Positions 25,491-38,603 are shown, counted from the first letter of the stretch. The stretch: DNA of 47,777 nt from Gonapodya sp. JEL0774 (GCA_027604505.1 JADIIX010000074.1:62001-109777); one strand, 5' to 3'. Notes: generated by a model not told the origin, from the letters alone. Numbers and translations are program-made.

Positions 25491-25663
25491 TTACATGAGG
25501 ACCATCGGGTGCAGAACTCGCGTGGACCGAGTTTACGATTTTATTTCAGATGCTCTGAAATTTATTTTTGTTTACAGCTAACAAGAAGAGTGATTTATAA
25601 AGTTTTGTTTCGAAGATATCTGGGATTGAAACCTGAAATTCAATTGATAAGAATCCCATCCCC

Positions 25664-26867
25664 ATGCAGTGTTCCGGACAAGATTCGGGACGCGAAGCTC
25701 TTCAGCTCGTCTCATGGCTCTCCGACCAATTGGATGCTCTTATTGGCGCCGTCGCGGGTGTTCACATCAAAAATCTTGACAAGCCAAGTGGCAAGGAAAA
25801 CTCAAGTGAGGATGCTGGCGCACCTGGGCGGAAACCAAATGGAGCTGCATTGCCGGACACTGAAGAAGATTCACAGAGAGTCTGTGAGTGTGTGCTCCTT
25901 CATCTCCTTGACTCTGTGGGAACCCATGATTATGTCCTATCACCTTCTCTATCGTTGTTCCCCGTCGTGGAATTGCTGATCACTATGCCCCACTGAATAC
26001 AATGGAATCACATCAAATCTCAAGTGATCCTTGAATACCGGTCACAATTCCGTGAAACTGCAGCCCGATTGCGGGGACAACTCACACGGTTACGTTTACA
26101 AAGCGAGGGACCGCTTGGCAGTCGTGAGACGGCAGCAGGCGTTGAAGAGGTGCTTTTTTAATTGAGAGAAAGACGATGAAATTGGGAAGAGCTCTTGACG
26201 GAATATAGCGCTCTCCGCCGCATTCACGGGATTGAGATGTGTCACTGGCAGACGAAGAGAAATCATTGGTTCTCGAACTTGGAACAGTTTCTAAGTGTCG
26301 TCCGTCTTTGGGCGCAGGAAGCATTATTGTCGCTGCTGTGCTCATTGCCATGCTTCTTCCACCAACACCCATCTCGATTCCCAAATTCATCACCCGCTGC
26401 CGCCGGTCCCCCAGTCATTATCAGAACTCTCGCGCCGCTCACGTCAGCTGGATCACTTGCTGTCCTCAACTCTAAAAGATCTCCGCGAGCTCGATGAGAA
26501 TGTTCTGACCCTCGAGGAAACCAAAAAAGTGTCTCTTCTAGGCAGAGCTCTAGTGGATGAAGATGCGCTCGAGAGATATAGACAGCGTGCAATGACAAAA
26601 ACGAGGATTGTTGTGGAATCACCGACGGCACCAGCTCAAGAAGCGGTAGTTGGTGATCCCGCGCTGGTGGTGTCTGCCATTAGTCAAAGCGATCCAGGCA
26701 CGTCATCTCAGACAGAGTCACCAAGCTCTGCATCTATTGGCCCGATGGGGGACTCAACTGCCGCTATTGCTGCAGACACTAGTGATCCTGAAAATTCCGT
26801 TGGCTACACTGGCATGGAAGAAATGGACTGGACTTTGGGTGACGTTGGCCCGGATTTGCCATTTTGA
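25664..26867 (+). CDS. Small helical protein, tentatively Mediator subunit 21 (Srb7)-like; middle exon(s) unresolved
   Basis: Exon LQLVSWLSDQLDALIGAVAGV ends at a gtgagt donor near 25885. Last exon LSELSRRSRQLDHLLSSTLKDLRELDEN resembles the Med21 QL..DQL and KSKQIDxLIxSL pattern. Confidence 0.35.
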
Positions 26868-27063
26868 TGCATGTATTCATTTCTCATACAATAATCTTAA
26901 TCAAATATCTGCCTGTTTCAAATAATTTATCGTGCAAACATTGTGTTTTTGTTTCTTTCTTTCCTTTTTTTTTGTGTGTGGGAAGAGCTGTTAGGTGACG
27001 TCAGACGTGGTGTGGTTGAGTCCACACAATTCCACATCACCTCCGACGAGGTAGTTTCCCGGT

Positions 27064-27724
27064 ATGACCATTTGTGCCGGAGCTCGCTCGCTTTTACTCG
27101 GAGTTATTCTCCTTCTCATCGCCTCCTGCGAAGCTCAGTTCCACGCCGGAGCACCACAGCCACCTCGACCCCCAAGCTCCTCCGTCTCATCAACCACACC
27201 TACTTTGTTGTCCTCGTTTGGCCTTATAGCTTCAGAGGTGACTCCGACGAGTGTGCCAGCTCACTCCATGGTTGAGACAGGTCCAACCCAAAGTCCGAGC
27301 GTTACCGTTTCAAATGTGACTCAATCCAGCCAATCCACAACTCCGAGGGCTGGATTGATTGCGGGAGCTGTTATCGGGAGTCTGGGAGGTGCGGGAGTAA
27401 TCGCAGGCCTGACTGCATGGGTAGCTGTTAAAAAACGAAGACAGGCTGGGTCGTCAAGGTGAGTGATTCTAGTGAAATAATCACAATCACTGGTACTAAT
27501 ATCCCAACACATGCATTGACTTTTGGTTCACCAGGCATACTCGATATGCGCCCGTCCATGCTTCACTTCTTTCTCCGACTCGGGATGATGACGCTTGGAC
27601 TGAATCATTTACCCACCAGTCGGTGAACCCTCAAAAACCCCACAGGTATAGTGGAGAAGACGAAATCGACTTGGGAGATGACCATGAAGGCGGGGAACTT
27701 ATGAGGGGAGTTCAGGGTGCTTGA
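27064..27724 (+). CDS. Secreted-type single-pass membrane protein (signal peptide, S/T/P-rich stalk, TM helix, cytoplasmic tail)
   Basis: MTICAGARSLLLGVILLLIASCEA signal, S/T-rich region, GLIAGAVIGSLGGAGVIAGLTAWVAV followed by KKRR. One intron from 27459, stop TGA 27722-27724. Confidence 0.8.
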
Positions 27725-27798
27725 TTGTAGGTTCTCTCCAATATCTTGTGTCGGATTACATTGTGCGCAACAAGTTTCAAAACAAATTCGTCACTAGA

Positions 27799-29682
27799 TC
27801 ACAACTTTCCGCTTCCCTTCTTGACCCATCTTGCTGCCCCTCCAAGAACTTGCACGGCAGTAGCAACCATTTCGTCCACGATTTGCTTCGCAGGGAGAAT
27901 GTCGGAGAGTGCTCCGGCAACTATTTGAATATTTTCGCCAGAATTTGATTCAAGTTGAGTTGGCTTCCAAGCCTTCGAGCAACCAAGACCAACAAACCTT
28001 GTCCAGAAAGAAGAGGCGTCGCCTGTATCATGAGCTCTGGGTCCAAATCGTCGTTCTCTTTAGTCATGACTTCAATATCATGGTAGATCTGTTCCGCGCA
28101 ACCCGAACAGTGAGTGTGGTTTACTCGGGCTCCAGAGGTCGACTCACCGGTACGACTCCTCTGGCGGTCAAATCCTTGATTTCCTCGCGACGTTCCTCTT
28201 CCCAGCTGCATAACAAAACGAGTGGGTGAGTGCCGATGTTCACTCCCACGCACCCTGTCAAAGGCAAAAGTCGCACTGACTTTACGGCATAAGGGTTCTT
28301 GATGATCCGCATCGGCCTTCCAGTATAAATCACAGTCCGCATAGAATCGTGGTAGTCAGCTGAAACATAGGACCAATAAGTGCGACTACACTATATTCTG
28401 GTGTGGTGCTCTCACCGTTCAAGATTGCCTGTTGGTGACGGGGGGGTGCCCCGGCTTCTTTCGCCATGACAAAACGGGTGCTAGTTCACGGACAGCAGTA
28501 GCAATCAATTAAACCCTCTACATGTGGAAATGTGTATCGGTGGGATCTTACCCTACCCAGACACCCTTAAGGGAGGTTCTTGTCATCAGACGCTCCAGAT
28601 ACTCTTGTCACCACTGCAACTGCCACTCACCTCCGCTCCGTAGCACAGTGATGCTGCGAGACCGCGCCCATCAAATATCCCCCCCGCGGCGAGCACCATG
28701 ACTGGCTTGCCCGAGATCCTGCTCGTGAACCCCTTTTCACGAATGGCGTCGACTACTTTTGGAATTAATATGCTAGATCGAAGTTGCAGCATTTACGTTG
28801 AGTCTCCGTTCTTGAATTTAAGGGTTCGTCGAAACGCACCTAGAAGCAATCTCCCCGGTGTGCCCTCCGCCCTCACCTCCTTGAGCACAAATCAGGTCGA
28901 CACCAGCCTCGCAGGCTTTGACCGCGTGCTTGGGAGCACCGACCACTGATCGAATAATTCGATGCCCCGTGAAGGAATACAATATTATTGTTAGTAATCA
29001 GATGTTTAATCACATTCTTGAGCTCACTGTTCATGATTGGAATTCCTGCTTTGTGGAGCTTCTCAATCGCAAAGGGGGGCGGCACACCGACCGCAGAAAC
29101 GAAGAGAGATGCCTTTTCTTCAATAATTATGTCAAGCAATTCAGGAAGTTGTCCTTTAGTATAATCGCTGTTGGTTGCCCGCGCATTGCCGCCAACCTGC
29201 GCTACGTTTCAAGACTATGTCACCAAGACATTGTGGAGGTACTCCGTGCGAATAAACTCACGCAATAGCAGGTCTACCCCGAAAGGCGCCTTCTTATCAG
29301 TTAATCCCTCCTTTAACTTTTTAATTTGGCGGCGCAGTTGTTCTGGGCTATATCCAAGTCCACCTATTACTCCCATTCCACCGCTGTTTGTTACTGCTGC
29401 AGCGAGACTGTAAGAGGAAGTGGTTTTTGAGCAATCGGATTGTCGATGAAAGTGAGCCTGGTTCCTCGCTCACTCAGGACCCGCCGCGACGTTCATTCCC
29501 TGTGACAGATCGGTACATTGATCAAAGAAACGGGGAGAGCGCCTGAGATCCACTCACGGCCAAAATGATGGGACTGTTAAGAGTAATGCGCTTGGGTCAG
29601 AACAGGCCGCGCTGTCAGACAGATGCCAGCTTACGTACTGCTTTATCCCAAATAGTTTCGTGATTCCAGTCTCCAAAGACAT
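27799..29682 (-). CDS. Nitronate monooxygenase (2-nitropropane dioxygenase family), many small exons
   Basis: Spliced HPIILAGMNVAAGPDLAAAVTNSGGMGVIGG, FGVDLL, LFVSAVGVPP, EGGGHTGE, VLAAGGIFDGRGLAASLCYGAE-GVWVGTRF, RTVIYTGRPMR, ILPAKQIVDEMV...GKL*. Confidence 0.92.
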
Positions 29683-29958
29683 TAGGATTAAGTGTTGAGT
29701 GTGGCAGGGGTTCTTTCGGGGAGATGGCGGAAAAGATGGTACCTCGAACGGATCTTCGTTTTAAGTCCCAGCCGCCGGCATCAGCCATCATCCTCGTGAT
29801 TCTGAAGAGTTCATATTGAACATATTACGTGGCTATCGTTCCTCAAAAGGAAAATTACAATTCTTAAATTTCCGCAAATGTTGGATTTCGGTTGCTCTGG
29901 GGGTTGTGAATTTGTGTGCTTTGTGGTAATCCAACGTGGTGCTGGTACTGTAACGTAA

Positions 29959-30900
29959 ATGACCTCCACAACTTCGGCATCCCCCAAATCGTACAGAAAA
30001 TTGGATGTCGACAGCGCAGCTGGGGCAGGCGGCGACGATGACGATGCTGGGTTCGACCCAACTGCAGTGGAGGCCCTCGGCATGAGCCCCAGGGAACTAG
30101 AACAGGCTGTCAACTCAAAACTCGCGGACGTGAGAGGCTTAATTACAAGGTGTGTCTTTTCTGTGCAAGGATCTCGCCACTTGAAGGACCAAGCTTCAAT
30201 TCGTGATTGTCTGCCGCCCGGGCCTTTGGACTCCACACAACCTGGTGCATCCATCTGAAATGAAATGGGACACGCGCTGCCACGGGGCTGGAGTAGAGGT
30301 AATATTGCTGGTGCCATCAGTCGTGCTCTCGAAGAACCCATCCCTTATGGAGAACGACCAGAGCTCAAGGCAGCGAAGGTGAGGATCTCAAATGGAAACG
30401 TTGGAGTCTCTAAACCACACAAGGCCTAATGTACCAATTCTTCCTGCTGTTGTTGGGACTGGCGTCCACTACCTTGATTGTGGACTCGTTTCATCTTCAA
30501 TGCTGCAACCACAACCAACCGTTCCCTACCCGAAGGAACTAGCGATTGCTAGCATTATCGAGCCTGCCACCGCCACAAAAACTGCCGACATCCCCGCTGT
30601 AGTGAAGCAGCTATATCAACAAGACCCGGAGCTGCTCGACCGACTCATGAAGTTTGTGTACCGGGGTATGGCAGGCTCTGGTGTTGGTCCCGCCGGCTTG
30701 GTGGGACCCGGCCACATTTCGGGTGTATCTGGACAAACGTCAGCTGCGCTTCTTAATTGGCATGCGGCGGTAAGTGGGAGTCTGTACTTAATAACACATC
30801 CGAGGCGCTCATCTGCTGCACACTCGCTTCCAAACAGATTGTGGAGGTGGGGGGGCTTGGAACAATATCTCGTGTACTCAGTGATCGCAGAATATTGTGA
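29959..30900 (+). CDS. ARPC5: Arp2/3 complex subunit 5 (p16-Arc/Arc15)
   Basis: YRKLDVD N-terminal motif, LDRLMKFVYRGM, SAALLNWH, final exon IVEVGGLGTISRVLSDRRIL*. Confidence 0.92.
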
Positions 30901-30981
30901 TATATAGCACGACTGCACATTACTCCAATTTTAGTCTGTGTTGTCTGAGTTCTCGAGCATGAACCTTGTTGCGGTAGCGTG

Positions 30982-31588
30982 TCAAAATTCCATCATCAGC
31001 TGAGTGTAAATCCGTTCTAAATGTCGCGCTTCTACCTAAAAGGGCAAGTACTACTGGCATTGATTGGATGCAATTGCTTTCAGTTTCAAAGCAACACACA
31101 CCACTGTTCTATTGTGTCCGACCTCCCCTCTATTTTCCTGCTCCGCAATATCAACGGACCGTCGAATGGCCTCTTTTGGGAGGAAGAGCGATGTGCGGTA
31201 AGTACAAAATGAGGGCGCGTCGACGACCTTCGTGACTCACCGACGGTGAAAAGTCGCAGAACTTCTGCTGCAAGGAGCGCGGCTTCCTTGTTGACTTTTG
31301 AGAAGAAAGATGTGATTCCGGTCCGATGTGGTTGAAGCACCCGTAAATGAAGGTATGATTGAGGCGTGCTCGTATTCTCGAGGTCCAATCAGGCCAAATT
31401 CATCAATACTGCTCACTTTTCGTGGACGCTGGTTCGCTAAAAGCGCTCTTTAGGAGTGCTTGGACTGTTTCCTGAAGACGATTCATCCATGAATATGAGA
31501 AGCAGCCAGTGAGAGAATGGAGTGAATTCTACACGGTTCTCTCCATAAAACTAACCGTTTTGAACGTCGGGGGGTTCGCATTCGCCAT
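30982..31588 (-). CDS. MHF2: CENP-X / MHF2 histone-fold protein (five exons; not shown as one ORF in the track)
   Basis: Spliced model MANANPPTFKT-ETVQALLKSAFSEPASTK-VNKEAALLAAEVLRLFTV-EAIRRSVDIAEQE..-VEARHLERIYTQLMMEF*. The end matches the LEKIxPQLLLDF terminus of CENP-X. Confidence 0.85.
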
Positions 31589-31767
31589 GGATGGCGATGG
31601 AAGGAGATAGCGCGAATCAGTCTTCGCATTTGTGGGCGGGACCATCTACACACTTGCTGCATTTACTGTGTCGAACATCCAGAACACCTCTGTTTACTGT
31701 GACATTCCTACTTCCCATGCCCTTCCAAACAACCAGAAGACATTCACCCGCTATTCATTCAGATCCT

Positions 31768-33975
31768 CTAACGGTCGATCTCCCCTGAAAGTTGTTTGAA
31801 TCGAAATGTGAGCAGGAGGCAACGAGGCCTCGATTGCACCAACTTACCGAACACAACATCACAAGTACCGATGATGGCAACCATGTCTGCGGAGGATAGA
31901 ATGTCAGAGCGGAGGTTCAAACACCTTACAAACTAGAGCACACAAAGTTTCGTACCAGCTACAAAGTGACCTCGCACCATCTACAACAAAATAAAGGGTG
32001 GGGAAGAGAGAGAGAAAGTAGAGAGATACAATTGTCAAAGACCCTTGCTTGAGGAATCCGCAGCGATTGAGAACAAACCTTGTCAACGGCGAACAGGTGT
32101 GCGAACCCTGGTGCTCTGATCTTGCACCGGTATGGCTTATTAGTTCCATCGCTCACAATGTAGACGCCGAACTCCCCCTTCGGATGCTCGATGGCGGTGT
32201 AGGTCTCTCCCGGTGGAACTTGGAAGCCCTCAGAATAGAGTTTGAAGTGGTGGATAAGTGCCTCCATGCTCTCCTTCATGCTTGCCCGGGGCGGCGGAGA
32301 GATCTTAGCGTCGTCGATCCTCACTGGCCCGGCCGGCATTTTGTCGAGACACTGGGCGATGATGTGCAGAGCCTGGCGCATCTCCTCCACACGGCAGAGA
32401 TACCGATCATACGAGTCCCCGTTCACTCCAACCGGAACATCGAACTCGACCTGGTCGTAGGCGTCGTATGGCTGTGTCTTCCGCAAATCCCACGCGACAC
32501 CCGAGGCACGGAGCATGGGTCCGGACATGCTGTACGCAAGCGCTTCGTCCGCGGTGACGATGCCGACGCCGATCGTACGACCGCGCCAGATACGGTTGTT
32601 GGTAAACATCTCCTCCATTTCGTCCATCCGGGCAGCGAATTGAGAGGCCCACTTGTGGATGTCCTCGAGGAGGCCGTTGGGGAGGTCAAGGGAGACGCCA
32701 CCGACGCGGACATAGGCAGCGTGCATGCGCGCGCCCGAGACACGCTCGTAGAACTCCATGAGTTTCTCGCGCTCTTCAAACATCCACAGGAAAGGTGTGA
32801 GTGCACCAACATCCATGGCGTGAGTGGTGACAGCCATGATGTGGTTGAGAACTCGGGTGATCTCGCCGAAGAGAGTACGAATCCACTTGGCACGTTCAGG
32901 GACCTCAACGTTGAGAAGTTTCTCGACGGCGAGGCAGTAAGCGGTCCTGAATACACAAGGATGACAAACTTGGTCGGATGCAACGTGGTCAATTCACAAA
33001 CTCAAAACCCACTCGTTCGACATCATAGATACATAGTCAAGCCGGTCTGATGAATGTAAGTGTGTGCGCAAAAGAACAGGATGCGAGGCTTCAGCAAACG
33101 CGCCCAACGAAAGAGATTGCTGCTTCACCTACCGAAGTAAGGCATAGCCTGCGCGTATGTCTTGTACTCAATGAGTTTCTCTGTCCCACGGTGGAGTAGG
33201 CCAATGTGGGGGTCCGCGCGAGTGATGATTTCTCCGGAAACCTCGGCGATAAGACGAAGCACACCGTGGGCGGCAGGGTGTTGGGGACCAAAGTTGACGG
33301 TGAACGTTTTGATTTTGGTGTCTAGTGGAGCAATGGCATAGAGCGAAACAGAGTAGATGAAGATGGGAAGGGAGGAAGGGAGGGCGGGGAGTCAGTGATG
33401 AACAGGGCGTGTGGTCATTGGGAGTGTGGAAATTTATCGGTAGACTTACCCTCTTCTCCCTGTACGGGGGGAGGAATAAATCCGAAATAAAGTACAATGC
33501 GAGAAGCATAGTCGTAGTTTGGAGGGGGGGGACATACAATAAAAGAACAGAACCGATTTGACGTGTGTGAGGGGAAAAGAAGAATCCCCTTTGAGATGCA
33601 TGACAACCCACCACCGGCGCATCTATTCAACACGACACCAGCAACATTCAAAAGACAAGGTCATGGTTAGTGATTTCAGGTCGTTTTGTTCCGCGTCTAT
33701 TATGTCAATTCACCAATCTGCTCCTGGTAAATCATCGACGGGTCCGGCAATCTCCTGGTCGACGCGTACAGGTCTGTGTCGAGAACTCTCCGCCTAACAG
33801 GCCCCCCTTTGCCACGGCTAGTAGTAGCTGTGCGCTTCGCATCGACTGGTAGAGCCGGAGATGCAAGGGTGGGGTGGATGGGCAGGGAGGCGAGAGCAGA
33901 GAACGGGCGGGGGGAGAGCGAACAGGTGGAGGCCAAGAGGCGAGAAGCGGATTTGAGTGATGCGCGTGCGTGCAT
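31768..33975 (-). CDS. NDUFS2: NADH:ubiquinone oxidoreductase 49 kDa subunit (nuclear, with targeting peptide)
   Basis: [104 protein letters not shown]. Confidence 0.97.
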
Positions 33976-34974
33976 TGGTGGTATTTTTAGGCAGCGAATG
34001 GTCGGAGACTTTGCGTTTCTTGGGTTTTTGAGCCGAAGTCCCAGTCAGTAGAGTCTTTCAGCGAAGGAGTTGAGGAGGCAGCCAAAACAACGGATCGCCA
34101 GATACACAGGCCCGGAGAACGCCTTGTTTGTGGAGCTGATGCCCGTTGAGTGCGGTGCCGGTCTCGTTCACGATTTGGTCCGGGAGCGGTCGTTCGACAT
34201 GGGCAGTCAACAGACATCACAAGCATCTTAAAATTTATGAATCGAATCGATCGAATGGTCATAAGGTCCACATTTATTTCCATGCTCATATTTTATCTTC
34301 CAAGGCACATAGAAATGGAATATTTGGAGTTGTACACTCCATTACATTGACAACGAATATGCACACGCATAAAGCTCATGCAAAAATTTGTTCAATTCAA
34401 TTGATCTTGAGTTCCATTGCGATTGTATCCGACTACACTTGCTGGACGAGCATGAGAGCTTCCGTTCCTGGCACACCGGCTCCGCAAGTCAACGACAAAT
34501 TCCATAATCGTCTTGGGATCACAAGAAACCAGAATTCACATCCCTTCCATTACCATTGATTGCTATACGCCGTCCGATGGAAACTGCAGCCAGAAAATGG
34601 ACGCGTTCTCGCCGAGGACACGACGGAGGTTGAATGGACACTTCACCTACTGCATACCCTTAGTGCTTTCCCACGACGAGACCCCTCACGATTGCACGCC
34701 ATCGGAACTCACAGTTGAAATGTTGTGAACCAACCGCTGGGCCACGGTGTCGGGTGCACTCGTTTTCAAAGAAAACACGTCTGTTTGACTCTCGCGAGGG
34801 GTCGAATCCTCTCATTTCGTGAAATAATGGGTACCTGTGCGTTCACGATCGAGAACCAGAACGCGCTGCTTGAGCGAGAAACACAATTTAAGAACGGACC
34901 AGCGGGTGTCTCTTGTTGGGTAACTCGCGAACTATGACGGGCATCTGGCACAAGATTATTTACGTTTACCAGAA

Positions 34975-35218
34975 CATCATGTACCCAATCAATATCGTAC
35001 ATTCCGATTGGGTATAGTATGTTTTGGTATGTGTACTGATTTTCTGCCAAACAAACCCCAAAGTGAACCACTCTCTTGCCCCGAGGTGTGCGTGATGTTG
35101 TACACTTCGCAGCAACACAACGTTTGAAACCGGGCCAGGGCTCGTCATTCACTTCCGCAACGCCTCCCTTTCATAAACCCTAGAGCTTACAATAATCCTC
35201 GCGCTCGTTCGGTTGCAT
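34975..35218 (-). pseudogene. Possible decayed PHD-type zinc-finger fragment
   Basis: EDYCKL*GL*...RCVAAKC...VVHFGVCL...YPIGMYDIDW has PHD-like C/H spacing with two in-frame stops. Confidence 0.3.
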
Positions 35219-35699
35219 GTCTCGTCGTGGACATTTCCAAGGAGCCACTTGTCTGCGGTTTGTGGTGTTCCATTTCCACCCTTCACCACACACACACACG
35301 GACATACATTCCAACCCAGGTTTGGGCACCGAAGCGCACCCGTACCGTACCCTGCCGATCACAATTCACTATGGGCCACACAAAATGAAACGGTGGGGGG
35401 CGTTTTGCTTTTGCTGCGAACAGGTTTCCACCAGCCTGCACGCACGCACGGAGGGATCTCTGTCCACACACGAGTCGCAACTCTACACCACTGGCGTCAC
35501 ACAAAAATGAACCCACCGAGGTTTTCTCGACGAGAGGGGACCACAAGGCAAGGTGCACAGAAACGAGTGTTCAGTTCTCAGTTTCTCAGGTTCCCCCCCC
35601 CCCGCCCCCCCCACCCCACCCCCCTCGCAACAGCAGTGGCTCGGCAAACCCACCGTGCAGAACGGACACATGGACAACGGTTGACGTTGCCGTGCTTTT

Positions 35700-38603
35700 T
35701 TCAAAGTAGGTAGGTCCGAGTCGTGTCCCGTGGAATGGAGACGCGAAATCCTGTGAACAGCTCCCCCGCCCCCCTGCTGTGTACCTCCCAACGCACGCGA
35801 TCGAACTGTTGCTTTGTGGTTGTATTCCTGATCCTACCGTNNNNNNNNNNACTCCCCGCGCGGCCCTCCCCATCCCCCACCCGCCCTCACTTGCTCCCCC
35901 CACACCCACCTCACCCCCCACGGGCCTCCTCAACCCCTCAAAAACCCTCTGCCCGTGCCCCCCACTCCCCGCCCGGGCCCCCTTGACCCCCCTCACCACA
36001 AACCCCATTCCCTCCCCTGCCCGCACCCGGAGGTCCGCCTCGTGGCGGAGCACAGCGTGCACGAGGGACGCGCGAGGTTGGGCGGGGGCCGGGGGCAGGG
36101 AGAGAGGAAGCGAGAGGGGAACCGGGGGGTTCCCGCGCGGGGGGTGGAGAGGCGGGGGGAGGGTGGGGGTGGGGACGGGGAGGGGGGGGAGGGGGGAGGG
36201 GAGGTAGAAGGGGGACGGGGACGGGGGGCGGGTGGGGGGGGTGGGGGGACGACGGGAAGGTGAAGGGATGGCGGATGGTGTGTGTGTGCGTGCTGAGGCG
36301 TGCCGGGGGGTGTGGAGGGGGAGGCGGGGGATGGGCGAGTGTCCAGCCGAGGACCGGGACTGGTGCGCGAGTCGGTCGTGGCCAGCCACCGCCGCCGCCG
36401 CTGCTGTTTTCGACGGTGTCGGTAACCCGTCCCGTGCGTCCGGCCCCCGCGACGTGGCCGGCTGCGGCGGCGTTGGCCTGGGCTGGGGCTGGAGCAGGAG
36501 TCGGGTCTGGGACCCGTGTGACCCCGCACGATCACGATCACGAGCACTGGCACGCGGAGTGGGAGTGGGAGTTGGGTGCGGCACGGCCTGGGTGTGGGCC
36601 AGAGGTGGGGCCGATCCTCTGCTGCTCGTTCGCTGGCCTCCGTGGTCCGACCCCGACCCCGACCCCGCGCGTCCTTCTTGCTCAACCCCCCCCACCTCCT
36701 CACCCACCACGTCCACGTCCACGTCCACCACCACCCCTCCCACATCGTGCACGTCTTGCCCCTCTCGCCCCTCTTTGAGCTCTTTTCCCTCTTCTTCCTG
36801 CCCGCCGCCCGTGTTCGTACCCACCGCCACCGCCTCCCCCCCTGCCTCTTCTTCCTGCCCCTCCCCACCATCCCCCTCACCCTCCCCGTCCCCGTCCCAC
36901 CCGCACCGGCCCCCGGTCCGCAGGATCACCCGGGCCTCGAGCTCGTCCACCACGGCGGCGAGCCACGCGTTTTCGGTGCCGGTGCGGTCGAGCTTTTGTG
37001 GGTGTGTGTGTGGGGGGTGTGGAGTTGGGGTCTTGGTTCACCACGTGTGTTTGTGACAGATCCCCCACCACCATCCCCCCCCCCCTGGGGTCTGGGTTCA
37101 CCACGTGTGTTATTGACAGACCCCCCACCACCCCCCCACCAACGCCCCACCATCCCCCCGCCACACACCCACCATGTCCCTCAACCTCGCGTTCCACCTC
37201 ACGACCTCCCCCACGCCGGATTCCATCTCGACGACGCACTGACGGGCCGCTTGGGCGCCCAGGTCTGCCACGGCCTGGTCGTGCTGGGATTGGATGGCGG
37301 AGAGGGAGCGGGAGTGGGCGTGGACGAGGTGGGAGAGGTGGGCGGCGTGGGTGGTGGGGAGGGAGGCCAGGTGGAGGGCGAGGTGGGCCGGGGTGGGCGG
37401 GGATGGGGTGGGGGGGGAGGTCTGGGAGGGCGGGCACGGCACGGGGGAAGGGAGGAGACTGATCACCCCGCGAGTCACACACGGGTCACCCCACCCCACT
37501 CAGACTGATCACCCCACCCGCGAGTCACACGGGTCATCCCACCCCACTCAGACTGATCACCCACAAATCACACACACGGGATCACCGCACCCCACTCCGC
37601 CAACCAACCCACCTTGACCTCCTCGACCTCTTTGGCCTGCTGTGTGATCTGGTCGAGCGTGGCGCGGAGCTGGGCGATACGGGAGTGGAGGGCTGGAGGG
37701 GGGGGGCGTTTGGGGGGAGGTGAGAAGAGGGTGGGAAAGGGAAAGGAAGGGGACGGGACTTTACACTGGACGATGGCGAGTTTTTTGTCGAGGGGGGATG
37801 GGTCGGATGGCAGGGATGGCGGGGATGGGGGTGCGGGTCCCGATGCGTGTGGGTGTGGGGGAGTGCGCGCGGTGGGTCGAGAAGGGGCCCGACCCGCACC
37901 ACCACCACCGCCCGCCCCACCACCAGCCGGGTGCCTGGCTCGACCTGCACCACCGGTACCGGTACCGATTGCACTGTCCTGCGCACCGACAAGTGCCGGA
38001 CCTTTTCCCACGCCGACCCGGCCGACCCGGCCGACACCGCCGACAGGCAACGACGCCGCGCCAGCCTGCTCCTTCTCCTTCTGGAGCTCCTCCTCTGCGG
38101 CGATGAGGGTTCGGATCTGGTCGTGCTGGGCCAAGGAGAGGGAGACGAGGGTGGATGAGAGGTGGGAGGAGGAGGCGTGGCTTGGGGGTGGGTGGGGTGG
38201 GGTGTGGGGGGTGGGGTGGGGTGGATGGGAGAAAGCAAAAGAAGCGCAATGCAATGCAATCAACACACAGGTCGTCCAAGGCGAGCTGGATGTCAACGAT
38301 TGAGTCCAAGCGGGCTTTGCAACTGAGGGAGATGGAGTGGGGATGGGGTTGGGAGTGGGGTGAGTTGGGAGTGGGAGAGTGGGAGTGGGAGGGGATGGGG
38401 GGAAGGAAGGGGAAGGAAGGGGAATGAATCAAGAGTCAGAATTGATGTGAGTAAGGGAAAGAGAGAGAGAGAGACACAACACACTCGAGGAGGAGACAGA
38501 ATAAATTGTCGATGGATTTGAGGTCAGCGGGAGAGATTGCGAGGGAAGCCGACACTTGGGAATTCTTTTGTTTCTTTGCCTTGGTTTTCTTCTTCTTAGC
38601 CAT
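35700..38603 (-). CDS. Coiled-coil protein with K-rich N-terminus and P-rich tail, possibly CCDC83/DUF4515-like; 3' end crosses a gap and is approximate
   Basis: MAKKKKTKAKKQK start at 38603. Exons CKARLDSIVDIQLALDDL, QHDQIRTLIAAEEELQKEKE, SRIAQLRATLDQITQQAKEVEEVK, AQAARQCVVEMESGVGEVVRWNARLRDM and ENAWLAAVVDELEARV are bounded by GT/AG. Confidence 0.6.
35841..35850. other. Assembly gap (10 N)
   Basis: Run of n in the sequence. Confidence 0.99.
37026..37133. repeat. Intronic 60-bp tandem duplication (about 2 copies)
   Basis: tggggtct(t/g)ggttcaccacgtgtgtt..tgacaga(t/c)cccccaccacc at 37026 and 37086. Confidence 0.9.
37457..37597. repeat. Intronic 46-48-bp minisatellite (3 copies)
   Basis: gactgatcaccc...cacacggg..caccccactc starting at 37457, 37503 and 37551. 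Confidence 0.9.

Noticed and set aside
1307..29682. Oxidoreductase, transporter, transcription factor and two monooxygenases as a metabolic gene cluster
   Set aside because: No backbone synthase is present and the genes are interleaved with housekeeping genes; nothing supports a shared pathway.
32049..33050. 333-aa plus-strand ORF
   Set aside because: Antisense shadow of the GC3-biased NDUFS2 exon, with no independent motifs.
37457..37597. Repeat array as CRISPR-like, or as tandem alternative 3' splice sites
   Set aside because: There are no unique spacers and the context is a eukaryotic intron. The proximal repeated gatcag is out of phase with the upstream donor, while the downstream tcccag acceptor fits.
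35586..38432. Many long overlapping P/G/R-rich ORFs in several frames
   Set aside because: Stop-codon depletion in G/C-tract DNA. Only the spliced minus-strand model gives a coherent protein.
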